Assembly: GCA_051362555.1 (NCBI GenBank)
Contig: CM120649.1
Location: 12,338,001 to 12,402,000 of the forward strand
Length of the DNA: 64,000 nt
Direction of reading: 5' to 3'
Origin: Lingula anatina
Taxonomy: Eukaryota; Animalia; Brachiopoda
The notes beneath the pieces were generated by a model. The model was not told the DNA's origin, did no database searches, and worked only from the letters and a program-made list of their open reading frames with translations. Position numbers and translations under genes: made by a program. This document shows positions 1 to 12,067 of this stretch, in pieces (the first letter of the stretch is position 1; every line of letters starts with the position of its first letter).

Positions 1-233
1 AGATTTTATTTTTAAACACTCAAAACAATATGCTTTCTCATAGCAAGTCAGATAAAATTTCAAAATTAATTCAATATTTGTAAGTGCTACAAACCAAACA
101 TTTTATTTATTTATTTATTTATTTATATACCTATATATATATAATTTTTTTTTTGGGGGGGGGGGAGAGGGTTGAGAACAACTAATTCATGTTCTTCAAA
201 TTGATTAAAGTTTATGGTTAATGCTTCCTACAG

Positions 234-1015
234 CTCCAGAGCCGGTACGTCTTAGGCAGGAGACCTTTGTCATCTCGGATTTTGAACTTCATTTTAAGCG
301 CCTGTTTCCCTGCAGCTACTTCATTTTACCACCCAGGGAAGAAAACCTCAGCCTTATGCAAAGAACGACGTATTTCCGTGCTGAAGTGGCAAATGATGAC
401 AACTCTGAAGTGTACACAGAAGTGCCTTTCTCAAAAGAGCTGACCATCAATGACACTCTTTTTGTATGTGGAAATAAACAACTTTTCATTCTTGGGCGAA
501 AAGAGACCACTGGACTTGGTGCCAAAGAAGTGGACAAAAGTCAGACAGAGAGTGGACAAGGGAGCACACGTCAGCTTGGTAGTGGACAATCGGACAATGA
601 TCAATCAGTGACTGGTCAAGAGGGCACCTGCTCACCACAGAATGAACGACAGATCAGCAGTCAACAAAGGATGAAACCACACAAGTCGAGTCAGTTGAAA
701 CATGGGGGCCAAGCAGATGATCACAGGGAGAAGGGAAAAAATGCCTTAAAACAGCAGAAAACTGAGATCAGCCAAAGGGGGAAAGGTCCAGTAAAAAATG
801 ACCAGGCAAGGGAAGAACAGCAGGACAGTGGTCAAGAAAGTAAGGTCCAACCAGGTCCTTTACGGGACCCTGCTTGCGGTCAGTTGAGACCTGGGTCAAC
901 TTACCGTGTTAAGGTTACGCCATATTATCAAGGCTCAAAAAGTGGAGTGCGTGTGTTTGGATCAACTGCCACATTCACTATAAAGACTGGCAATGAGCTA
1001 CATGTACCACTTTAA
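234..1015 (+). CDS. Exon of an extracellular fibronectin type-III-like / receptor-PTP juxtamembrane-like protein; gene starts upstream of the window
   Basis: Acceptor cttcctacag|CT at 233 (phase 1). The C-terminal part CGQLRPGSTYRVKVTPY...TFTIKT matches the FN3 L.PG..Y.V.V pattern. About 110 aa of Q/S/G/E/K-rich low-complexity sequence sits in the middle. In-frame TAA at 1013-1015. Confidence 0.55.
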
Positions 1016-1393
1016 AAAAACCTTTTTCTCCCTCTTATTTAACTCTTATACTGTAGGGCAATTTTTTGCCTCAGGATGAAACAAGTTTTGCCAATGACAA
1101 GCACAAGTTGACGGCATGTGTAGCAGATAAATCATTTAACTTTATAATCATTAAATAAATTGCAAATTAAGAAAAAAAAATTGAGAACAGACTAGTTACC
1201 TTTAGAAAAGCAAAAGATGGTAATGACTTTGATTTATAAGCATTAGTATAAAAACAGTAATAGAATTTCTGTTGTGATCATTTTTAATTACTTATTTCAT
1301 TTTTTATATGAGAGTCAGCATCCTTTTTCTTCCCAGTTGATTAATTGGCGATGTCATATACAGGGTTTGATGCCTCTCTTACAAAATATCCAG

Positions 1394-1543
1394 GCCCCAG
1401 TTTCACAAAAAGAAACTCGAGTCAGTTCCCCGCAGGTTTAGTTGACTAGGATTTCCATGAGAGTGCTGTTACACTGCTCATGATAGGGCAACATGTGACC
1501 ATGTAACCTTGGTAATTAAGTTCTTAGTCAGGGAAACTGGGTC
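1394..1543. mobile_element. Small PIF/Harbinger-type MITE
   Basis: Imperfect TIR GCCCCAGTTTC...GAAACTGGGTC, flanked by CAG on both sides (1391-1393, 1544-1546). Confidence 0.5.
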
Positions 1544-1636
1544 CAGGTTTTTAAGTCGTCAGTCTCTGATAGTGTACCATTATAGACTGTGTAACTCAAG
1601 TATATTGCTTAATGTAAACAGGGTCATATTCTCCAG

Positions 1637-2643
1637 GGCCCGGTTGCACCAACAGGGCGTAAATTTACTCGGCTACGACTGTCGTAAACCGCAACGCCTG
1701 GTGTCCGTGCGCCAGGTTTACTCTCCCTGCTTACGCCCGTTGCACCAAGACAAAAACTGATCGTCGTAACTACGCCCGAGTAACTCTCCGTTGCGCCACT
1801 GGCCAACAATACGTGGATGGTATAATTGGGCAAATGAGGAGTTCTCAGCTGCAGTCATAATGGAATGATGACATAAATAAACACAAAAGGAGCATTTCAG
1901 TGACGGAGAAATTCATGAGCTACATTATTCCATTTTGATTTAGAAATAAGAACGTTAAAATACGTTAACTTTGCTGTTGCCTTGGATATATAGCAATAAA
2001 ATCGTAAATATATTCCGAATCAAAATATTATTATAGTATGCTATGTATGCTATTATAGTATGCTGTTGTAAATGAGAAAAACGCATTGGAGGCAGTACGT
2101 ATTTCTATTAATGGATTTGAACACTTTCACATTTGTTATTGGAACATTTGAGTCTGAAAATAATCAAAAAAAGCCAGCATTGCTTTCTTTTTATAATTTT
2201 ACTACAATTTCATGACCTTTTTTTAATCTATGGTTACACCGTGAGGTATCATTTAATTCAATCGAGCTTACATCTTGGAGATTGAGAAATACAAGAGACC
2301 TAATACATATTATATGAGCCTTAAAATGTTGATATTTTAAGCTTTCGTCTCTATGTTTATATATAGTAAAATATGAATGATATAAAATGTGAATAAAAAA
2401 TGACTATGGTTAGTTATGGTTTGTCAAAACTTGTGAAAAGAATTAAAGACACCGTACTGCTGAGAGCTAAGGCGTGTCGACATGAGTGGTAAGATTTAAT
2501 TTGAACACATGCGTGTACATGTACATGGCTACACACATAATGTATTTAATAATCACTTATATATATACTGCTACACAGTATATATATAAGTGATTATACG
2601 CAACTGCTACGCCTCACTTACGACCGGTTGGTGCAACGGGGCC
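1637..2643. mobile_element. Non-autonomous PIF/Harbinger-type DNA transposon (~1 kb)
   Basis: TIR GGCCCGGTTGCACCAAC...GTTGGTGCAACGGGGCC with 3-bp TSD CAG (1634-1636, 2644-2646). CpG-rich subterminal sequence; internal hairpin at ~2549-2597. Confidence 0.75.
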
Positions 2644-2964
2644 CAGATCCTGATTGTGTACAAGTTTTAATCCAAGATGGGACCATAATATGCAAAGAAA
2701 CAATGAATTTCAGGTGAAATACAGAATAGGATTTATGGGAAGCTGTGTTTCGCATTTGTATTTACTGAAATTGTTTAGATTTTAATTAGTGTAACAATTG
2801 GATTAAACTGTGATTTTATCGTTACAGTATTGAACCACACTGTAAAAATACTTGGATTGCAGGTAGGTATTAAATGGGTGGAGTACAAAACAGCCTTTTA
2901 TGATTGAGGTAACTAAATTACTGGATAAAAATTCTCTTTTACTAGTATTTGTGACTGAAACAGT

Positions 2965-4395
2965 TTAAGTTTTAACTCATATGAATGCAGCTGAAAAGAT
3001 AACACTGTATGTAATGTTACAGTAACCATTCCGAGTTAAGTTTAAATGAAAGGTGTGATTTACAAAAAAAACTGAGCGCTTTATGACATTTGGAGTTGAA
3101 ATTAGCTTCTGCAAACAAGATATGCCCATTCAAATAATGAATGTTTTCAGAACATGATCTATGGACTTACTATGGTCCATGGATCAAATATGGCCAACCC
3201 ACCTTAAAAGCAATGCTGCTAATTCCCTAATGGTCTCCCTGCCTACTAGTAATAAAGTGATTAAATCTTGGCACCAACATTAAATTGCTAGAACCCTGCA
3301 GGCCTGGTGCGTGTGGTGTACAATTGTGGAATTGGTGGCATTGTTTTTAAGTGGTGTCAGCCATTGTATGTAGCATTGTACATTATTGCTGCAACAAAGG
3401 TGCAACATGCTGTATGTTCATTTTATAGTCTTGTTATTTGATTTTATAATTGGCAATTGTAGATATCTTGTAGCAGAACTGCAAACATTTTTTTTGCAGT
3501 GGAGTTGTTTTTTGAGTTTCATGGTTTGACTTCTTACAACTTTTGTGAATACTCACTTTAATCTTTTAAACCATATCTGTGTAAAATAAATATTTTCTGT
3601 ACAGTAACAAAAATCAGATTCTGGAGTTCAAGTTATAACCTATGAATGCAGCTGAGTGGTGGACACTGTATAGTACAACATCACAGTAACCAAGTCTTAG
3701 ATTAGTTCAAAATGAAAGCTGTGATTGAAAAATAGTCTTAAACCTTTATTGTTTTGACATTTTGAGTTGTTAAAAAAAGGTGTATGAGATTAGCATGATA
3801 TGATATTTTTTATCAGATTTTATTTTATCCAACTGTGTCAAAGGTACAATATGCACTCATTAAATTCAAACACAATTGATAGGTTACAAAAATCCTTATA
3901 ATGACCTGGCGAATATGATGACAAATGTGAATTGGGTGTTCAATAAGCCAAGTACTAGGTTTTATAAACATATATTCAAAGTGACCAGCTGGACTTGGGG
4001 TGTCTGTTAATTTTTAATAAGTATAATACAGACCCAGTCTTGTTACAGTGCATTGCAAGAGGTCTGAAACTTGTCTGACATCCTGTTGTACCTTTGAAAT
4101 TGAAGATTTAAAAGTAGCGAATTGTCTTCCATCAAGAAATTTTGTTCATTAAGCAGCACTGTATGCAACAGAAGCTGCAATACCATGCTATTTTTCATTT
4201 TATAGTCTTACATTATATTATAGATGTAGCAAAAACTGCACACATGTTCTTACACCAGACTGTGGAGTTGTTCTTAGAGTACATGAGTTAGATTCTTATA
4301 ACTTTTATAAATACTCAATTCGATCTCTTTCACAATATCTGTGTAAAAAAAAAAAAAACATTTTTTCTGTAGAGCAAAAAAGTTTTGGAAGTTCA
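2965..4395. repeat. Diverged tandem duplication (~2965-3630 and ~3631-4395)
   Basis: Shared collinear blocks: TATGAATGCAGCTGA, ACAGTAACCA, TTCATTTTATAGTCTT, TTCTTA.AACTTTT, ATATCTGTGTAAAA. Confidence 0.7.
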
Positions 4396-4498
4396 TCAAT
4401 AAGCAAGCATGCGGTCCTGTTCTCAATGTGGCAACATTTATTACATACATCCCTATTTACAGTTTCTGTTTATTATCTGTTCTATACTTGGCATGCTG

Positions 4499-4560
4499 CT
4501 AGGACAAGTCTTCATCATCAAATAGGTCACCAAAATCTGAAAATGCAGAAATACAGCTGA

Positions 4561-4594
<34 letters not shown>

Positions 4595-7284
4595 ACTACT
4601 ACTATAGCAACGATACACTGAGAGAAGAATCAACTAGTAAAGAAAACATGATTTTAGTTACAGAAGGAGTATTATACTTTTTGTTTTGCAATAATTTTCT
4701 TTAATCACCAAAATGTTGACAAAATTACAATATTTTGAACCTGTATACTAGTAATGAGTTTCTAATCACTGATCAATATCAAGTCCTAATAATTGAGTGG
4801 TATGCTGTGGTGAATTTCACTTGTAAAAAAAGTTATTTGAAATCAAGAGCTCAAAAGTGGATTTGTATATCAAAATTTCGTCCAAAGTTAAGGATAAGTA
4901 TACCTTGGTAAGGGGTAAATTGCTAAAATTAAGATTTTATCGGACACAAACACTGTTGATATGTGATCAAAAACAAAAATGTTTCAGATGGTTTTGTTTT
5001 TATACAACAGCTTAAACAAGTGATATTGTTCATTTTCCCATTATTATTTACAAAGTACTTTTATTGGCAATTAATATATTTTTTGTACGTGATGTTGTAG
5101 TGTTAACATGAGTGATTAAAATTATGAACAAGGCAGCAAAGCTGTCAAATGTACAGACAAAAAACAGGAAATAACTATGCACTAAATAGGCTACTGTCAA
5201 TTCTGATGCAAAAGAACATTATGTTAAACTGCAAATTCAACATCAAATTTTAATTATGCTCAACAGGTAATACCAATGTAAGTAAAATGTGTAACAAGTT
5301 CACACTTTGAAAATGTATAACTTCCAGAAAAAGAAGCCAATTAGACTGCTTTTCCAACTCAGGCTGCATTTTAGTCCTGTATTTCTTTTTTGAAAGTTTG
5401 GCAATCATAAGTAACATGGTTTTCCCATAATGGTCATCATGGCAGCAGCACCCAAAATTGTGTTTTCTTCTATTCTGATGCCATATTACATAATGGTTAA
5501 CAGCATAATGACCGTCAATTTTTAATAATAAAATATATGTATTATGGATTTTCAGAAAATGTGACTAGCATGGGTCTTCAAGCCCATGGAACTTCAAAGT
5601 CACACCTTGAAAATGCCAATATGTGAAAAATTTAATTTTCACAAAAAAACTTTAACTGGCAGTAAGAATTACCAAACAGACTGCATTGCCTACTGAAGCT
5701 GTATTTTAGTCCCATGTTTCTTTCCTGTAAGTTTGAGAACAGTAAGTGACATGGTTTTTCTTAAATGGTCATCATGGGAGCAGTGCCCAAAATAGTGTTT
5801 TTTTTCAAATTTTGATGCAATATTACATAATTTTTAACAGCATAATGACCATCAATTTTAATAATAAAATATTAGTATTATGGATATTCAGAAATGTGAC
5901 TAGCAAAGGTCTTCAGGCCCATGGAACTTCAAAGTCACAACTTGAAAATGCCAAAATGTGAAACAAGACAGCACTGTTCTGAAATGTTTTTTTTTTTTTT
6001 CAATTTTTAACAATTTTTTTAACATAAAACAAAATTAACAGGTTACTGCCATTTTTATACAATCAACTAAGAAAATTGATGAGATGGGAAAAATATCAAT
6101 ACAACAGTGTTAAATGTCCAATTTCCTCCATTCTGAGATTCTGAACATAGTGAATGATAGAATCTGACAAACTACAATGATATGAGTTTATTTCCATTTT
6201 TGAAACTTTATTACACAATACACAATAACAAGTTTACCATCATTTTTAAATAATTAACTAATAATGTTGTAAAGATGCAGGAAATGTCAACCAAACACTT
6301 TTGCGTATCTTATTGATTAAATAATGAGACTGTTAACATGCCTAAGAATTGAATCTGAGAAAATGTGAAACAAGACAGCACTGTTCTGACATGGGTTTAT
6401 TTCCATTTTTAACACTTTTTTTAACATAAAACAAAATAAACAGTTAACTGCAATTTTTATATGAGCAACTAAGAAAATTGATGAGATGGGGAAAATATCA
6501 ATAGAATAGTGTTAAATGTCCAATTTCCTCCATTCTGAGATTCTGAACATGGTGAATGATTGAATCTGACAAACTGCAATGATTTGAGTTTATTTCCGTT
6601 TTTGACACTTTATTACACAATACACGATTACAAGTTTACCATCATTTTTACATAATCAACTAACAATGTTGTAAAGATGCAGGAAATGTCAAACAAACAC
6701 TTTTACATATCTTATTAGTTCAATAATGAGACTGTTAACATGCCTAAGAGTTGAATCTGAGGAAATGTGAAAAAACAGCATAACTTCTAAAATAATGCTC
6801 CGATTATGCTGATTTTTGAACTCAACCTGCGTTTTAGCAGGATTGATCACTCCTATGAGTTTCATGACAATCAGCCAATCTGTTTTTCTTATATTGTGTT
6901 TACAGTGTTTCATATATGCTGAAAAGTGAAAAAACAGCATAACTTCTACAATAATGGCCTGATCATGCTGATTTTCAAACTTGACCTGCGTTTTATGAAT
7001 ATTTATCAGCTCTGTAAATATTAAGCCAAAAACTAAAACTGCCTTCCACTTATCGTGTTTACAATGAAAGTGCACGGCGACGGCATCGGCATCGGCATCG
7101 GCATCGGCGACGACGGCGACGACAGACGCAGGTGATGGCAATATGTACAGACACATCTGTGTCTGTACATAAAAATTCTATCAACTGTTGTTATTCCTTG
7201 GGTCATTTTGCAGCTCTCTAAATCCTTCCCTGTCTGTGAAGGAGAGAAACAACATGGGAATGTTCACTTGAGACCTCAAGGACT

Positions 7285-7321
<37 letters not shown>

Positions 7322-8146
7322 GGCTCTTTGTGAATGTTAACCTTCGTGTTCCCTTTGCTTATTTTCAAATCATCTTTCCCCTGTTTTTCACCAGTGGCAA
7401 CTTAACCAGCACTGAAAGTAAGGCACTGGATATTTAACTCACCGTTATAAAAGTCCTGATCAACCGACTTCTCATTTGCAGCCAGATCCATCAGCAGTGC
7501 ACTGGATCCACCAGCCTGAAAAATTAAATGTTTACACAGCACAGTTATATCATATGAGTGCTTCAAACTTAGTGTTATATAAAAAGCAAAAATTTGACTC
7601 CAGTTTCTGTAATATAATATAATATAATGTTATATCATAATAAGCACTAGATTTGAACTTAACAGAGCAATTACACTTCACAAAACAGCATTATCTTAAA
7701 ATTACATGGGGACTGAATTCCAAAAATGAAAGATGGGTTGCATTTAAAAATTAGACTTACTACTGGTTACATGTTGTTTGAAACTTGTGAGTGCATGAAC
7801 GAAGACAAATCATAAATGGCTTTGTTTCGAATGCTGAGATGTTAAATAAAGTTATGATTGCACAGGAAAGTCTTCAGACGTATTTTCAGTGCTGCTCTTA
7901 AATATGTATACAAGCCTTGAGGCACGCAGTTTGTGAAAAATCTTGATAATAAAAAATCCAACTAAAAAATCGGCGATCGATTGAGAACATCAACATGGAA
8001 TTATTCGATCGTGATTTGTGTGTCCACTGAAAGCCAAAGTCTTGAGTGCTATGCATCTTTTCTGACATCGAGTTTACCTCTTCAATGTCCATGTAGGGCC
8101 CTGCCCCTTCAGGAAACATTTCATCCACCACTAAACTTGGTTTCAT
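4499..8146 (-). CDS. COPS9: COP9 signalosome subunit 9 (CSNAP/MYEOV2), 59 aa; exons 8146-8078, 7515-7443, 4536-4499
   Basis: Spliced translation [59 protein letters not shown] closely matches human COPS9 ([51 protein letters not shown]). All junctions are GT-AG and phase-compatible. AATAAA on the minus strand at ~4437-4442. Confidence 0.97.
5127..7175 (-). mobile_element. Helentron-associated non-autonomous element (HINE-like) in COPS9 intron 2, carrying internal tandem arrays
   Basis: On the minus strand it starts with a T-run and a palindrome (TATGTACAGACACA..TGTGTCTGTACATA, 7142-7171), then a (GATGCC/GTC)n microsatellite and internal repeats (~150 bp, ~408 bp x2, ~340 bp x2). It ends with subTIR TGTCTGTACAT, hairpin GACAGC-TTT-GCTGCC and TTGTT at 5127-5159. 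Confidence 0.7.
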
Positions 8147-8410
8147 GATGTTTCTTTTTGATCTTCTTATTGTGTGGTGATAAATTTACTCAATAGAGGT
8201 CACTGTATCCATGAAAAACTAAAAAAGAATTGAATTGCACCTTTAATAAAGTTAACTACATTGCAATTTAACATCTAACTTTTTCATATCTATGTTCATT
8301 ATTCATCAATCGAGTATTGAATTTTTGATTATTTGACAGATAAAAGTGCGGTTCACTGTTCCATTCTGTCGTGATTTTGGCCACCTATTGACGAATCGAT
8401 AAAGATAAGG

Positions 8411-8420
8411 GTCATGTGAC
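8411..8420. promoter_or_regulatory. CLEAR/M-box-like element (GTCATGTGAC) in the COPS9-LAMP bidirectional promoter
   Basis: 9/10 match to CLEAR GTCACGTGAC and contains the MiT/TFE M-box core TCATGTG. Lies 62 bp upstream of the LAMP ATG. Confidence 0.6.
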
Positions 8421-8482
8421 ATTCCCGTGACTTGCCTCCGACTTCAGTAAATTTTGGCGTAAAGCGAGGATCCGACTGAAAA

Positions 8483-9716
8483 ATGGAGAGCAAAATGACA
8501 AAATACCTGCTTATTTGCAGTTTATGTGGTAAGTTGAGGCATTGAATTTTATTATGATGATCAGCGAAATAGCCTCCAAGAGTTAAGTATTTGGAGTTGT
8601 CGAGACGCCTTGGTTGACTTGACAGTGAAAAATAGCAGTACACCAGTGCCAGTGGCCATTTTTCCTCTTGATAATATCGCTTTTTACTTGGAAATTATAC
8701 ACCAATCCAGCCTTGTTATATTCCCCCGTATTTCAACAAAAATTATTGAAATGCACCTGATATGTCATTAAACGGGCGACTTTGCCTAAGATTTCACCAT
8801 CTTACGTAAATCTACTCGAAGGTGAGATGGGACTTATTTGAGTATTAGGTCACTTCCTGCATCCTTACTAGTTAAGGTGAGCAGAGCGTGACTTTTATCC
8901 CTTAATGTCAACTATTTCTAATCAGAGCTCGATTATTGAAGTATAGAAAGTCAGCATTAAGACAGACTTGATAGTCATCTTGCTTAAATAAAGAATGACA
9001 AATACTTGGAATCTTTGACAGGGTTAGATGTTGGAAATCTTGTTATAAATCATCTTGCTTAAAGTATACAGTGACAAATCCTGGCAATCTCTGACAGGTT
9101 AAGATGTTGGTATACTTGTGTACACAGGTGTTAACATCTTGTCTACCAGTTGTAAACAAGTTTATGATTGTGTAAGGGGGTGTTAGAGTGTGCTTCCCCC
9201 ATTCCCCATTGATCTGTCATTTGTCAGGTTTTCTTGACTCTGTTGTTTTATTGTTAACACTTATATTCTTCTCTGTTTGTCAAAATCAAAAGTATTTTGA
9301 TGCATATCATATTGAGTAAAGATTAAACGTCAGTGTAAAGTAATTTTTCTTCAGTCAACAGCTAATATTGTAATTTTTTTACATCCAATATTTTGATTTC
9401 ATTGGTGTAAATTCAAATTGACTTGAGTTAAAATTAATTGCAGAGAACTGTGAATTTGAAAATATGATTTAGTCAAAAACAGAAATAGTTGAAAAGTCAT
9501 TTCACTATTGAATTCTATAAAATATATTGTTGAATAGTAATGAAAATCAAGATCAAATATAGTTGAATAATCGTTTCAGTATTATCCCCTGTTCTTACAT
9601 GCAGAAGATAACTATGATACAGAATAAATTGAAGAAAAATTATTTTTTCATTAAGTGAATTATATATATATATATAATTGACCCTTAACATTCATATAAG
9701 TGGAAATCAGAAAATA

Positions 9717-9759
<43 letters not shown>

Positions 9760-12022
9760 TTCCACTTATATGAATGTACACTGCATCCAGTTAGCTGTTA
9801 TGAGCTTAACTTAGCATGTTCAAATGATAATGATTTCAAACAATAGGAAGCCAGCCTTATCCCACTCTTGTTCCACCCACAACTATTGTAATCGAGTTCT
9901 GTCATGTGTCTTGAGATCAACCTGCAATGCCTAGAAATACTTATTACATTGTCTGCTGGTCGTAGGCAGTAACTTGAGCATTCACGGCAGACATGAACAT
10001 GTGTACCAATTAGTAAATTCCCTTATGTATTACATGACTGAGTTGTGCAGGGATGTGGTCAGAACTGTTTTGACTTACGACGTTTTAGTTTTAACATCAG
10101 GGAGTGGGCAGTTGATTGCAGTAGATCGTCATGTAAACCAAATGCTTATTCTGCTGACTATTTAATTTTGGAATATTATAGGGATTTCATTTAAGTTGGA
10201 GTATATTAAGATAGGGGGTGTGTGGTGGGGGGGGGGGGGCAAGATGGGGCTTAACATTTCCCACTTGAAGCAGGGTTTTGAACAATTTAGAACTGATGAG
10301 AACAGGACTGAACTGTGCCATTTATTGTCTCATTCCATTGTGAAATCACATGGAAATCATATCTGATAACAGAGGTTTGGGTCAGCACTAATAGTTTACT
10401 CCATATGCACTGAGTCACTGACTGGGTCACATGAGATAGTTAATCTTGCTGCCACCCTCTTCTCTTTCTGGTCCACTAGCTCTTCAGATAATTAGGGTCT
10501 TAGGCCCCTTTCAGAAAAGGGGACTAGCTAGCTAGAGGGTTAAACATTGCCGACCTACTTGAATGCTTTTCTACAGGATGTCTTTTCGGTGTCTGTTAGT
10601 GGATTAGAATTAAAGCTTTGTAGTAGGTTGCCATATTTGACCCTCAGACTAGGTAGTCCCTTGTTCTGAATGGGGCCTTCAATAAATGCTAGTATTAGGT
10701 AAAATTTAACATTAGCTAGCCGGTTGGTGCCTATTGAGAAAGGAAATTGCCACCTACTAGTGTCAAATGGCTCTGGCTGAATGGTATTTTCCATCAGATG
10801 CATATATGAGAATAAGTATTTTAGAATATTGAAATTTTTGAATAGAACTTTTGCACTCCTGACTTTGCTGGTGTGAGTCATGTCAACAATCACATGGGGA
10901 TTAGTGTGTTGAATACTATGCTGAATTTGCCACTGTAATGATTTCATGTGGTTAGGCCACACTTTTTTATTTTTATGGATGACATCCTCTGAGTACCCCA
11001 AAATCGGTGCGAGAGGGCGAAAAAAAAAAAAAAAACAGTCCAAAAAAAAAAAAAAAACTGCTTAAGTAAAGGAATGCTGTCAGTACACAGCTGGAAACAC
11101 AAATTTAACCACAGAAACACATATCAAACTAACAATATGTCTTTATCCATGCTCTCAAAATATTAAAGCATTGTGAATACTTCGTAGAAATGTAAAAAAA
11201 GTCATGAATTGATATACTTCATATTACCAAATCTATTTAAGGTTATTTCATGCATTCATTTGGTATAGCAATCAATAAAACAAATATCAATCAAACAGTG
11301 TGTCTTTATTTGTATTCTCAGAATATTAAAACATTTTGAACACTTCACAGAAATGTTTAAAAAATGATGCAAAGATATGCTTAATACTACCAAATCTATT
11401 AAAGGTCATTTCAGACGATGCCATTTTGTCAACTTCAACTCACACGAAGCAGCTAAACTGTCAGGTGGCCTGTCTGACCTTCAGCCCACCAAATACCTCG
11501 ACGCCCTTGTCGACCCTTCTTTCGCTACAGAAAACCTGGTATTAATGTGCTGCTTTATACAGAATGTCACAGAAATGTTTCGGCCGCCGCCAGCCTTTCG
11601 CACAATTGTAAAAAGGTGATATCTCCATGCCCAATATCAATGGCATACCAATCCAAAACGATGGCGCCCGTTCTCTTTATGACTTTTATTGTTGTGTAAT
11701 TTGAAAGTAATCCTAGAGATGAATTTGACAGCAAAGTGGCCGCATTTCCACGTGGCGAAAATACGCATGCGCAGAAAGCTCATTTCCTTGCAAATTCAAT
11801 AACAACGTTTGCGACAACCGACTTCGTTGGGGGCTGGGGGGGGGGGCTTTTTTTTTTTTTTTTTTTTTTGGAGAACGGGCGAAAATCCGTGCGCGCGCAG
11901 GATGTCATCCATAAAATTAAAAAAGTGTGGCCTTATGAGACATAAATTGATTATTGACCCTTAATATGGTTTATGTAGGAAGTCAATTTCTTCTCGAAAG
12001 AGGTTTACCATGAGTTGTAACC

Positions 12023-12067
<45 letters not shown>

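Noticed and set aside
3300-3445. Possible hydrophobic terminal exon for the FN3-like gene
   Set aside because: Weak acceptor, no convincing TM segment, and it partly lies in a non-coding duplication.
6689-7156. 155-aa ORF with ADADAD
   Set aside because: Reads through the HINE microsatellite and core repeats.
10555-11043. 162-aa minus-strand ORF
   Set aside because: Starts inside a transposon poly-T tract, crosses its TIR and has no recognisable motif.
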